Below, piece after piece: positions 1 through 11,409 of a stretch of DNA of 64,000 nt. Every line of letters starts with the position of its first letter. The first letter of the stretch is position 1. The notes under the pieces were generated by a model. The model did not search any database and had not been told where the DNA came from. It saw only the letters and a list, made by a program, of their open reading frames with translations. The stretch spans positions 160,001 through 224,000 of the forward strand of contig CAWJET010000001.1 of assembly GCA_963842085.1 (NCBI GenBank), read 5' to 3'. This stretch comes from an uncultured delta proteobacterium (GTDB lineage: Bacteria > Desulfobacterota > Binatia > Binatales > Binataceae). A program made the position numbers and the translations under genes.

Positions 1-853
1 AATCGAAGCCGAAGGCCTCGCCGCCGCATTCCTCTATCCCACCATGAGCCTTTTGTGGGAAACCGAGACCGAAGACCCCGAACTCGCGCAAGCATGCACG
101 CGCGCCTACAACCGGTACATCGTGGACTTCTGCTCTGGGAGCGGCGGCAAGCTGATCCCGATCGCGCACCTGTCGCTCGGCGATCCGGCCGCGGCCGCAG
201 TCGAGCTCGAACGCGCGGTCAAGGCGGGATGCAAGGGCGGATGGGTCGCGCAATTCGTGATGACGCGCAAGCCGCATGCGCATCCCGATCACGACGTGCT
301 GTTCGCCAAGGCGCAGGAGCTGGACGTGCCGATCGGGATTCATCCGTCGCTCGAGCCGGTGTGGGCGGCGCCGGGTCGTTACGACCGCGAGTTCATGCGC
401 GGGAATTATTACTTCCTGAACATCGTCGCGGCCGACGCGATTCGTCATGCGTTCACCAGCTTCTTCCAGTACGGCACCTTCGACAAATTCCCGAAGATGC
501 GGCTGGTGCTGCTGGAAGCGGGCGCGGGATGGATCGACTACTGGCTGGGCCGCCTCGACGCGGTCTATGCGAGCGCGATGGGCCGCACGGTGCCGCTCAA
601 GGAGAAGCCGAGCTTCTACTTCAATCGCAACTGCTGGATCTCGGCGGACCCCGACGAGCGCTCGCTGCCCGCGATGGTCGAGCTGTGCGGCGCCGACAAA
701 TTTTTCTGGGCGTCGGATTTTCCGCATCCCGATCACGTCGGCAACTACATCGAGGAAGTCGAGGAGCTGGCGCACAAGCTGCCGGCGGCCGCACGCTCAA
801 AGGTGATGGGCGAGAACGTGATGAAGGTGTACAAGTGCGCGCTGCCGGATTGA
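1..853 (+). CDS. Amidohydrolase family protein (amidohydrolase_2-like), 5' end outside window
   Basis: Frame open from the window start. Motifs IGIHP, LLEAGAGW and WASDFPHPD are typical of the family. Confidence 0.85.
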   Translation, partial: IEAEGLAAAFLYPTMSLLWETETEDPELAQACTRAYNRYIVDFCSGSGGKLIPIAHLSLGDPAAAAVELERAVKAGCKGGWVAQFVMTRKPHAHPDHDVLFAKAQELDVPIGIHPSLEPVWAAPGRYDREFMRGNYYFLNIVAADAIRHAFTSFFQYGTFDKFPKMRLVLLEAGAGWIDYWLGRLDAVYASAMGRTVPLKEKPSFYFNRNCWISADPDERSLPAMVELCGADKFFWASDFPHPDHVGNYIEEVEELAHKLPAAARSKVMGENVMKVYKCALPD

Positions 854-900
854 ACTCATAGCCGCTGCTTGATGGCGGCGCTGCCTGTGGAGCGGCAGGT

Positions 901-1353
901 GTGAAACGAGTGCTCATCATTGCAGCGATCGTGGTCGGCGTCTGCGTCGCTTACGTCCTCGCACACCTGGCCTTGATCGAAGTTGGGCGAGAGGTCGTAG
1001 TCGTTTATGAGCCGACTCCAACTGGAGCGGTCCGCAAGGCGCGGCTCTGGATCGTCGACGAAGGACCCTATTCCTGGATTCACCCGGGCAATGCCAACGC
1101 TCGGTGGTGGATTCAGCACATGGACGCGAACCCGATGGTCGAGGTCTATCGACACGGCGAAACCCACCGGTACCGCGCGACACCTGACCCAAACGCGCAC
1201 GCGAGGGTCCATCAGCTACTGCGCGAGAAATACGGCGTGGCCGATAGGTGGGTTCGTTTCCTCGCAGGCACCGACACTCAGGCGGGTCTTCTCACCGGCG
1301 AAAAGTGCAAGACGGTCCCGATCCGACTCGAACGCGTAGCTGATGCGCCGTAG
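901..1353 (+). CDS. Membrane-anchored split-barrel protein, deazaflavin-dependent nitroreductase-like
   Basis: N-terminal hydrophobic helix, then RKARLWIVD, WWIQHMDANPMVEV and LLREKYG. Confidence 0.55.
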   Translation: MKRVLIIAAIVVGVCVAYVLAHLALIEVGREVVVVYEPTPTGAVRKARLWIVDEGPYSWIHPGNANARWWIQHMDANPMVEVYRHGETHRYRATPDPNAHARVHQLLREKYGVADRWVRFLAGTDTQAGLLTGEKCKTVPIRLERVADAP

Positions 1354-1479
1354 GAACTATATTGGGCGCTGTAGCGACGTCGAGACGCTGCGGCGGAGCG
1401 CGCTTAGCTTTCCCGGTGTCGAGGAAGGGACCTCGTACGGCACCGCGGGCCTTCGTCATTCGCTGGTCAGGTTGGCCGC

Positions 1480-2478
1480 CTAGCTCACGGTCCAGGTGTC
1501 GCCCCGGCTCAGCAGCGTCTTCAGGTCGCCGGCGCCCTGCTTCGCCTTCGCGTCCGCGAGCTGCTTGTTGACTGCGGCGTCGTAGGTCGGCCGCGACGTC
1601 GCGTAGAACACGCCCACCGGAGTCGGCAGCGGCGGCTCGAAGTTGCCGAGCATGAACGCCAGCGAGAGGTTGGTCTCGTCGTGCACGACGAGGTCCTTCT
1701 CCGTGACGCTCGCGCCGAGGTGCACCGCTTCGGGGCGCATGCCGTTTATCCTGATTCCCATGTCGCGATTCTTGCCGAAGACGAGCGGTTTGCCGTGCTC
1801 GAGAACGAGCTGATGCTCCGCCTTGAGCGCTTTGTCGCTGACGTCGTTGAACGCGCCGTCGTTGAAGATGTTGCAGTTCTGCAGAATCTCGACGAACGAC
1901 GAGCCGCGATGCGCATGCGCGCGCTTGAGCATCTCGCCGAGATGCTTCTGCTCGACGTCGATGGTGCGCGCGACGAAAGTCGCATGCGTGCCGAGCGCCA
2001 CCGTGATCGGATTGAACGGAAAATCAACCGAACCGGCCGGTGTGGACTTGGTGATCTTGCCCACCTCTGAAGTCGGCGAGTACTGGCCCTTGGTGAGTCC
2101 GTAGATTCGATTGTTGAAGAGCAGAATCTTCATGTCGACGTTGCGCCGGAGCACGTGGATCAGGTGATTGCCGCCGATCGACAACCCGTCGCCGTCGCCC
2201 GTGACGACCCACACGTCTAGATCGGGCCGCGAAATCTTGAGCCCCGTCGCGAATGCGGGCGCGCGGCCATGAATCGTGTGGAAGCCGTACGTGTTCATGT
2301 AATACGGAAACCGGCTCGAGCATCCGATCCCCGAGATGAAGACCGTGTTTTCGGGCGCGATGCCGAACTCGGGCATCGTCTTTTGCACGGCGGCCAGAAT
2401 CGCGTAGTCACCGCATCCGGGGCACCAGCGCACTTCCTGGTCGGAGACGAAATCCTTGCGGCTAAGCACAGTTGCCAT
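1480..2478 (-). CDS. korB: 2-oxoacid:ferredoxin oxidoreductase subunit beta
   Basis: WCPGCGD, SGIGCSSR and the GDGDGLSIGGNH TPP-binding motif. Confidence 0.93.
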   Translation of the reverse strand: MATVLSRKDFVSDQEVRWCPGCGDYAILAAVQKTMPEFGIAPENTVFISGIGCSSRFPYYMNTYGFHTIHGRAPAFATGLKISRPDLDVWVVTGDGDGLSIGGNHLIHVLRRNVDMKILLFNNRIYGLTKGQYSPTSEVGKITKSTPAGSVDFPFNPITVALGTHATFVARTIDVEQKHLGEMLKRAHAHRGSSFVEILQNCNIFNDGAFNDVSDKALKAEHQLVLEHGKPLVFGKNRDMGIRINGMRPEAVHLGASVTEKDLVVHDETNLSLAFMLGNFEPPLPTPVGVFYATSRPTYDAAVNKQLADAKAKQGAGDLKTLLSRGDTWTVS

Positions 2479-2484
2479 TTTCGA

Positions 2485-4380
2485 TCAGCCCTCCAGGGCC
2501 CGGTTGATGCGATTTTCGATCTCGCTGACTTTGAACGGACGGCCCTGGATCTTGTTGAACCCGAAGGCGTCGATCAGGTAATCGGCGCGCACCAGCTTGA
2601 GCAGTTGTCCCATGTTCATTTCGGCGATCATCACCTGCTTGAAACGCTTGAGCGTCTCGCCCAGGTCGCGCGGGAGCGGATTCAGATAGCGCAGATGCAC
2701 GTGCGAAACCTTCTTGCCGTTTTCGCGCACGCGCTTGACGGCCTCGCGAATCGAGCCGTAGGTCGAACCCCATCCGAGCACGACCAGGTCGCCGCCGGCG
2801 GCATCGCCGAAGACTTCGGTCGGCGGAATCTCGCGCGCGATGCCCGCAATCTTGCGCGCCCGCGTCCGCACCATCAGCTCGTTGTTGGCCGGCGAGTAGC
2901 TCACGTTGCCGGTCAGGTTCTCGCTCGACAGTCCGCCGACGCGATGTTCGAGACCCTTGGTGCCCGGTATCGCCCACGGCCGCGACAGCGTTTCCGCGTC
3001 GCGGCTATAGGGCATGAAGCCTTCCGGATTGGTCGCGAACTCAACCTTGATCGGCGCCAGCTTGTCCGCATCGGGCAGCAGCCACGGCTCCGCGCCGTTG
3101 GCCAACTGGCCGTCGGTCAGCAGGATAACCGGCGTCATGTACTTGACGGCGATTCGCACCGCTTCGTACGCGCAATCGAAGCAGTCCGCCGGCGTAGACG
3201 CCGCGATAATCGGAATCGGCGACTCGCCATGCCGTCCGTACATCGACTGCAGCAAATCGGCCTGTTCGGGCTTGGTCGGCATTCCGGTGGACGGTCCCGC
3301 GCGCTGAATGTCGGTGATCACTAACGGCAGCTCGACCTTTACCGCGAGCCCAACCGCCTCGGCCTTCAGGTTCATGCCGGGGCCCGAAGTCGTGGTGATT
3401 GCGATGGCTCCGCCGAAAGACGCGCCGATTGCGGCGCACACGCCGGCTATCTCATCCTCGGCCTGGAAGGTGTAAACCGGGAAATTCTTGTAACTCGAGA
3501 GTTCGTGCAGTACATCGCTGGCGGGCGTGATCGGATACGAGCCCAGGAACAGCGGACGTCCCGCCTTTACGGCAGCCGCCACGAATCCCAGCGCAGTCGC
3601 GCTATTGCCCGTAATATTGCGATACAGCCCCGGCGCGATTCGCGCCGCCGGCACTTCGTACGAGCTCGTGAACATTTCGGTGGTCTCGCCGTAGTTGTAC
3701 CCGGCCTTCAGCACGCGAATGTTCGCCTCGAGTATCTCGGGCGTTTTCTTGAAACGGCTCTCGAGGTACGAAAGCGTGCTCTCGATCGGCCGCTGATACA
3801 GCCACGACAGCATCCCCAGCACGAACATGTTGCGGCATCGGAATACCGCGCGATTGTTCAAACCCATCCCGTGCACGGCCAGCGACGTAAGCTTGGTCAC
3901 GTCGACTTCGAGCACCTGGAATTTGTCCAGCGAATGGTCGGTCAACGGGTTGCCCTTGTAACCGGCGCGCTTGATGTTGGCTTCGGTGAACGCCTCGCGA
4001 TCCACGATTATGACGGCGTTGGGCGGGACATCATCGATGTTCGCGCGGAGCGCCGCGGGATTCATTGCCACCAGCACGTTGGGCTCGTCGCCGGCGGTGA
4101 AGATCTCGTTGCTTGAAAAATTCAGCTGAAATCCGCTGACCCCGGCCAGGGTTCCCTGCGGCGCGCGGATTTCAGCGGGAAAGTCGGGCAATGTTGCGAT
4201 ATCGTTCCCGGCCAGCGCCGATTCGGCCGTGAACTGCATCCCCGTCAACTGCATCCCGTCGCCCGAGTCGCCAGCGAACCGGATAACGATGTGATCGCGC
4301 TTCAGATGCGGCTTGAGCGCGGACGCGGCGGAAGCGTGCGACTCGGCGGCTTGCCCAGCCGCCTCAGGTGGTACAGCCAT
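2485..4380 (-). CDS. korA: 2-oxoacid:acceptor oxidoreductase subunit alpha
   Basis: AGDSGDGMQLTG, YPITPASD, QAEDEIAG and QRAGPSTGMPTK. Sits 6 nt upstream of the beta subunit. Confidence 0.93.
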   Translation of the reverse strand: MAVPPEAAGQAAESHASAASALKPHLKRDHIVIRFAGDSGDGMQLTGMQFTAESALAGNDIATLPDFPAEIRAPQGTLAGVSGFQLNFSSNEIFTAGDEPNVLVAMNPAALRANIDDVPPNAVIIVDREAFTEANIKRAGYKGNPLTDHSLDKFQVLEVDVTKLTSLAVHGMGLNNRAVFRCRNMFVLGMLSWLYQRPIESTLSYLESRFKKTPEILEANIRVLKAGYNYGETTEMFTSSYEVPAARIAPGLYRNITGNSATALGFVAAAVKAGRPLFLGSYPITPASDVLHELSSYKNFPVYTFQAEDEIAGVCAAIGASFGGAIAITTTSGPGMNLKAEAVGLAVKVELPLVITDIQRAGPSTGMPTKPEQADLLQSMYGRHGESPIPIIAASTPADCFDCAYEAVRIAVKYMTPVILLTDGQLANGAEPWLLPDADKLAPIKVEFATNPEGFMPYSRDAETLSRPWAIPGTKGLEHRVGGLSSENLTGNVSYSPANNELMVRTRARKIAGIAREIPPTEVFGDAAGGDLVVLGWGSTYGSIREAVKRVRENGKKVSHVHLRYLNPLPRDLGETLKRFKQVMIAEMNMGQLLKLVRADYLIDAFGFNKIQGRPFKVSEIENRINRALEG

Positions 4381-4521
4381 CTCAGTCCAATCTCCTTGTG
4401 GTTAGAGCCTGATCGAAAAGCTACTCCGATAACTCGAAGCCCTGCAAATACTCGAACACGCGGACTTGAAGCATAGCTAATCTAACCGAGCCATTAAAGG
4501 GCCGCCTTTTCGAGCATCGGA

Positions 4522-6860
<2,339 letters not shown>

Positions 6861-6904
6861 TTACCGAACAAGGAACCGGTGGGCTAGGAGCTTGGACCTT
6901 AGTG

Positions 6905-6961
6905 CTGTCATTCTGAAGCTGTCTCTTGCGCGGAGCGCCGAGATACAGCGGTAGAATCCCG
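6905..6961 (+). repeat. Repeat family A, left flank of GIY-YIG gene (CTGTCATTCTGAAG-variable stem-CGGTAGAATCCCG)
   Basis: The 14-nt and 13-nt arms are identical to the reverse complement of 7279-7333. The internal segment is self-complementary. Confidence 0.85.
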
Positions 6962-6972
6962 GTGCTGTTCTC

Positions 6973-7260
6973 TCACTCCTCCTCGCTTAAGTCCTTCCAC
7001 TGAGGATTCATCGATTCGATCAATTCGATCTTTCTCGAACGGAGCATGATCTTGATCTGCTTCTCGCGCGCGATCGCTTCGTTGATATCGCCGAACTCTT
7101 TGTAGTAGGCGAGACGCGTCACCTTGTAACGGGCGGTGAAGGAGCCAGGCTTCTTTTCCTTGTGTTCGAAGACGCGGCGTTCGAGGTTGTTGGTCACCCC
7201 TGCGTACAGAGTACGAGAGGGACTGCTCATGATGTACACGTAATAGGTTCGATCGCCCAT
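6973..7260 (-). CDS. Stand-alone GIY-YIG nuclease family protein (95 aa)
   Basis: YYVYIM...LYAGVTNNLERRVFEH...AIAREKQIK...NPQWKDL. ATG 7260 chosen because the longer start at 7296 lies inside the repeat. Confidence 0.9.
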   Translation of the reverse strand: MGDRTYYVYIMSSPSRTLYAGVTNNLERRVFEHKEKKPGSFTARYKVTRLAYYKEFGDINEAIAREKQIKIMLRSRKIELIESMNPQWKDLSEEE

Positions 7261-7278
7261 ATTGTAGCAGTCAAAGAT

Positions 7279-7333
7279 CGGGATTCTACCGGTCAAGTCA
7301 GCGCGAGCGCTTGCTTGACCTTCAGAATGACAG
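7279..7333 (-). repeat. Repeat family A, right flank of GIY-YIG gene (inverted)
   Basis: Reverse complement reads CTGTCATTCTGAAG-gtcaagcaagcgctcgcgctgacttgac-CGGTAGAATCCCG. Confidence 0.85.
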
Positions 7334-7381
7334 ACTCAGAGACGAATGACAGACGTCCAACCGAGACGCTGCTGCCAAGCC

Positions 7382-8083
7382 CTAACGGCGCGGGTAGCCC
7401 ATCGCGTCGAGAAAGTCGTCGAGCGTCGGAAATCGCATGTACATGTTGTGACGCTTCTGCTCGCCGATCGTCGTGCTCGATTCCGACGAGTACGCGTGCC
7501 CCGGATACACCACCGTCGCGTCATCGAGATTGCGCAACGTGTCGTTCAGGCTGTGATACATCGCCTCGGGATCCGAGCCGGGCAGGTCAACGCGCCCGCA
7601 CGAGTTCACGAACAGCGTGTCGCCGGAAATCAGGTTGCCCTCGACCAGGAAGCATTGCGAGCCCGGCGTATGCCCGGGCGTGTGGAGGAACTTCACTTGA
7701 AGCTCGCCGACGCGCACCGTGTCGCCCGCATCGACCTTGACCAGGTCGGAGTCCGCCAATCCCGCGACCTGCTTCACCCCTTCGGCCTCATGCTTGTTCA
7801 CGTAGACTTTGGCCTTCACATGTTCGAGCATCTTGGCGGCGCCCTCGATATTCTGGCCCATCATGCGCCCGCCGAGGTGATCGGGGTGGTAGTGCGTCAG
7901 CAAAATTTTGTCGATCTGGTAGCCCTCCGACTCCGCGAATTTTCGGATCGCCTCGACGTCCCACGCGGGGTCGACGACCGCCAGCTTGTGCGTTGCCGGA
8001 TCGCCGATCAGGTACACGAAATTCGCCATCGGGCCGAGCTGCGCCTGTCGCAGATAAATTTTCCTTTCACTGGTATCAGCCAT
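7382..8083 (-). CDS. MBL-fold metallo-hydrolase (glyoxalase II / persulfide dioxygenase-like)
   Basis: THYHPDH, HTPGHTPGS, SGDTLF, GRVDLPG and YPGH. Confidence 0.85.
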   Translation of the reverse strand: MADTSERKIYLRQAQLGPMANFVYLIGDPATHKLAVVDPAWDVEAIRKFAESEGYQIDKILLTHYHPDHLGGRMMGQNIEGAAKMLEHVKAKVYVNKHEAEGVKQVAGLADSDLVKVDAGDTVRVGELQVKFLHTPGHTPGSQCFLVEGNLISGDTLFVNSCGRVDLPGSDPEAMYHSLNDTLRNLDDATVVYPGHAYSSESSTTIGEQKRHNMYMRFPTLDDFLDAMGYPRR

Positions 8084-8099
8084 CGCCAGGTTTCTCCGC

Positions 8100-8756
8100 T
8101 CAGGATTTCGCGCCGCGACCCGCCTTGCTCTTTGCTGCGCGGGCGGTCTTCTCTTCCTCTTCGATCCGCAGCGCCCGGTCCCACAGAAATTCGGGCTCGC
8201 CGAGCCGCTTCGCGACCCATCGCGACTGCACGAACAGATGATCGCTCAGCCGGTTTACATAGATGATGAGATTGTCGTTGACGTCCTCCTCGCGCTTCAG
8301 GCGCCAGCACACGCGCTCCGCACGCCGGCAGACCGTGCGCGCCTGATGCAGGAACGCGTTGAGCACGCCGCCGCCGGGCAAGGTGAAGGACTTCAGCGGC
8401 TCGAGCTCCTTCTCCATCGCGTCCATCTCGGCTTCGAGCTTCTTGATCTCGCCGGCGCCCATCTTGTGCATCTGCGGATATTCGCCGTCGGGCGGCGTCG
8501 CGAGCTGACTGCCCACGTCGAACAACTCGTTCTGTATCCGCCGCAACGTCTCCGAATAGGCTTCGAAGCCGGCACCGAGCCCGTCGCGGCAATCCGGCAG
8601 GTAGGTGCGAACGATTCCGACGATCGAATTCAGCTCGTCGATCGTGCCGTAGGCCTCCAGCCGCGCGCTCTCCTTGGGCACGCGCTGGCCGCCGACCAGG
8701 GCAGTATTGCCCTTGTCTCCAGTGCGCGTATAGATGCGGGTCAGGCGTATCGCCAT
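8100..8756 (-). CDS. PduO-type ATP:cob(I)alamin adenosyltransferase
   Basis: RIYTRTGDKG, AYGTIDELNS, ARTVCRRAER and YVNRLSDHLF. ATG overlaps the rhodanese stop (TGATG). Confidence 0.92.
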   Translation of the reverse strand: MAIRLTRIYTRTGDKGNTALVGGQRVPKESARLEAYGTIDELNSIVGIVRTYLPDCRDGLGAGFEAYSETLRRIQNELFDVGSQLATPPDGEYPQMHKMGAGEIKKLEAEMDAMEKELEPLKSFTLPGGGVLNAFLHQARTVCRRAERVCWRLKREEDVNDNLIIYVNRLSDHLFVQSRWVAKRLGEPEFLWDRALRIEEEEKTARAAKSKAGRGAKS

Positions 8757-9196
8757 CACACCCCCGCCTTGGCTTTCTGCGCCGCGTAGGCGGCGTCGCC
8801 GAGGTCGGTAGTCACCGGCAGTCCCGCGTCCTTCCATCCCGCGACGATTACCTTGCCCGACGCGTCGCGCTGGCCGCCAAAGCCGCTGACCACGTTGGTC
8901 AGGTCGGTGAATCCCGCCTCTTCGAGCATGTCGCACGCGCGCTGCGAACGTACGCCCGCCATGCATCCGACGACGAGCTTCCTGCCTTTTGGAATTACCT
9001 TTTCGGCAACCTCGACAAAGTCGAGATTCAACTGCATCTGTCCCGGACCCTTCGCCACCATCACCGGGATATTGATCGCGCCGGCTGGGTGTCCGGCTGC
9101 AAATTCTCCTTCGGTGCGCACGTCGAGGTAGAGCGCGTCGGGATTCTGCTTGAGCGTTTCGTATGCTTCGGGTGGTACTTGTTGTTTTATCGCCAT
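8756..9196 (-). CDS. Rhodanese-like domain protein
   Basis: LDVRTEGEFAAGHPAGAINIP and active-site loop CMAGVRS. Confidence 0.88.
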   Translation of the reverse strand: MAIKQQVPPEAYETLKQNPDALYLDVRTEGEFAAGHPAGAINIPVMVAKGPGQMQLNLDFVEVAEKVIPKGRKLVVGCMAGVRSQRACDMLEEAGFTDLTNVVSGFGGQRDASGKVIVAGWKDAGLPVTTDLGDAAYAAQKAKAGV

Positions 9197-9241
9197 CGCA
9201 AAGTCTTCCTCCGTTGTAGCTGTCGAGACTCTATCAGATCT

Positions 9242-9754
9242 CTACGGCCTGGGATTTCCTACGCGCTCATAATGCACCATCTCGGCCCGCGGTTTGAGCG
9301 GCCGCGCTTGCGGTGGATTCTGCGGGTCGCTGTAACCGAACGGCAAAATCGTGAAAATCGCCCATCCTTCCTTGACGCCGAGCAGCGCCCCAATCTTCGC
9401 GCCGTCAAAGTTGCCGACCCAGCACGTGCCGAGGCCTTCCGCCCACGCGGCGTTCGCCATGTTCTGCACCGACTGCGCGCAATCGACGTCGGCCCAGCGC
9501 GCGTTGGCGACGTCCTTGAGCACCACGATCGCCGACGGCGCCTGCGCCACGAAGCGGCCGGTCGAGCACAGCGCGCCAATCTCCTTCAACCTGTCGCGAT
9601 TTTGAATCACGACGAACTGCCACGGCTGCAGGTTGCGCGCGCTCATCGCATGACGCCCGGCCTCGACGATCTTCGAGAGTTTTTCGCGCTCGACCGGTTG
9701 GTCCGCAAACGCGCGCTGCACGCGGCGGGAAAGAATCGCTTCAAGAGCGTCCAT
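9242..9754 (-). CDS. Nitroreductase family protein
   Basis: AILSRRVQRAF, SARNLQPWQFVV and GLGTCWVG. Confidence 0.88.
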   Translation of the reverse strand: MDALEAILSRRVQRAFADQPVEREKLSKIVEAGRHAMSARNLQPWQFVVIQNRDRLKEIGALCSTGRFVAQAPSAIVVLKDVANARWADVDCAQSVQNMANAAWAEGLGTCWVGNFDGAKIGALLGVKEGWAIFTILPFGYSDPQNPPQARPLKPRAEMVHYERVGNPRP

Positions 9755-10095
9755 CGATGGCGCCTCCGTCTGAAATTTCGTTCGTCAAGCAGACAGGAAA
9801 ACTTCTAGTATCAAGCGGCCGCCGAATCCAGTTCGATTCGCCGGGCTGGCCGTACAACATATTCCGCGTACGGTGTCTGCACCTCCTGCAACTCTCCAGG
9901 CAGGAGGCGGACCCACGAATTGTGTCTGTTGAGTGTCTGAGCCGAGCAAACCCGAACGCATGCGAGGGCCCCTCTATTCGGGAAACCCTCGCTCTTTCCG
10001 ATCCGATACGATACGAACCGTCGCCGTTAGAGCCCCCTGACCACCTCAGCAATCCGGTGCCTTCGATCTGGAGGGGGAGCGCATGAAGTGATCCG

Positions 10096-10383
10096 TCAGC
10101 CGCGCTTGTATATCGAAAATTCCTGCTCGAGTTTCGCGATCCGCTCCTGGATCGATGGCAGGCGCTGCACGCCGAGGAAGAACTGTACCAGTTCGTCGTG
10201 GCCGGCCTGGCCGCCCGGGCTCATCACCTCGACCAACTCTTCAATCAGGCTCGGGAACTTTTCACTCGGGATGTAGTAGTTGGCCCATCCGAAGTTGCAA
10301 TGGCGATGCAGAATTTTCGCGATCGTCTTTTCCAGAAGCTCGCGCCGGCCGCCTGCGTGCTGTTGTTGGTTTTCGTTGTTCAA
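10096..10383 (-). CDS. Hypothetical protein (95 aa)
   Basis: TTG start preceded by AGGAG, GC-typical codons, same strand as its neighbours. Confidence 0.6.
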   Translation of the reverse strand: MNNENQQQHAGGRRELLEKTIAKILHRHCNFGWANYYIPSEKFPSLIEELVEVMSPGGQAGHDELVQFFLGVQRLPSIQERIAKLEQEFSIYKRG

Positions 10384-10415
10384 TGAATGCTCTCCTGGTA
10401 CTGGTGTTGCCGCGG

Positions 10416-11307
10416 TCAAGCGCCCTTCTTCACCGGCGCGGGCGGCGGATCGCCGGCCCACAAAATCTTGTGGTAGTCGAACCGCATGTTCTCGATGATA
10501 TTGAATTTGATTATCTCGAAATAGGGCGAGAGATCGAAATCGCGCGGCGTGACCAGCGTCGGCGAGACCATCCTGAGTGCGCCGAATTGCAGCGCGCCGG
10601 TCGCCGCCTTCGAGCCTATCGACCACAGCTTGCGCTTCGGTACCGGCAGCGTCTCGGGCGGCAACTGCTCGTAGCTCGGCACGATCGGAAACTTCACGCG
10701 ATGAAACGACGACGCGATCACGCTCGAACATATCACGCGCGTCGGCTCGCCGCTGCCGAACTGCAGCGCCTGGCGGCGAAACCGCGCGGGCACCAGGCTC
10801 ACCGGCAGGAAGTAGCGCGCCAGATCGATCACGTTGCGCAGGTCGTAGGTATCGCCGACGCTGCCAATCGCCTCGTCCAGCACCTCGGCCAGGTCGGCCG
10901 TCGACAGGTTGAACGCCCGGCATAGGCGAATGTTGAAATCGCGATATTTGGCGAGCGGCGAGAGCACGACGCCCGTCTCGATGGTCGCCTCGACCACCAG
11001 AAAGTCCGCCTCCTCGCCGTATTGCGCGACCAGCGACGCCTTCAGCTCAGGATTGCGCCGAATCGGAGACGTACAACGCCGAGTGTGACCACGAGCTTTG
11101 CGTCAGGTACTTGATGCATTCGCTGACGCGCTCGTTTCCTTCCACCAAAATCACATCGCCTTTGCGGATGTGACGCTTGAGCGCGGCAATGTCGTTGGGG
11201 ATGTGGAGCGCGTAGCTCTTGAGCGGCTTGGTGAGCAGACCGACGGCCCAATCGCTTATCCAGTCCAGCAACCGAGAAAAGATCCCCGATTTTCTGCGCC
11301 GAGCCAT
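10416..11307 (-). pseudogene. YiiX/YebB-like permuted NlpC/P60 cysteine hydrolase, frameshifted near 11068
   Basis: N-half (GDVILVEG...SSWSHSALYV) and C-half (PIRRNPELK...VEA...YDL...ICSSVIA...VTPRDF) are in different frames. Confidence 0.75.
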
Positions 11308-11409
11308 CCAAGCCTCGCAAAATCCGCGATTGTGGCAAGCCGCGGACCTGCTCTGAATGAATATAAGAACCCCCAGCACCGCGAAACAAGGACGCGTCGA
11401 AGCTCGGGT

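Noticed and set aside
9850-10080. Cobalamin riboswitch upstream of the PduO operon
   Set aside because: The B12-box and GCCACTG-type conserved elements were not found. Kept only as an unclassified structured region.
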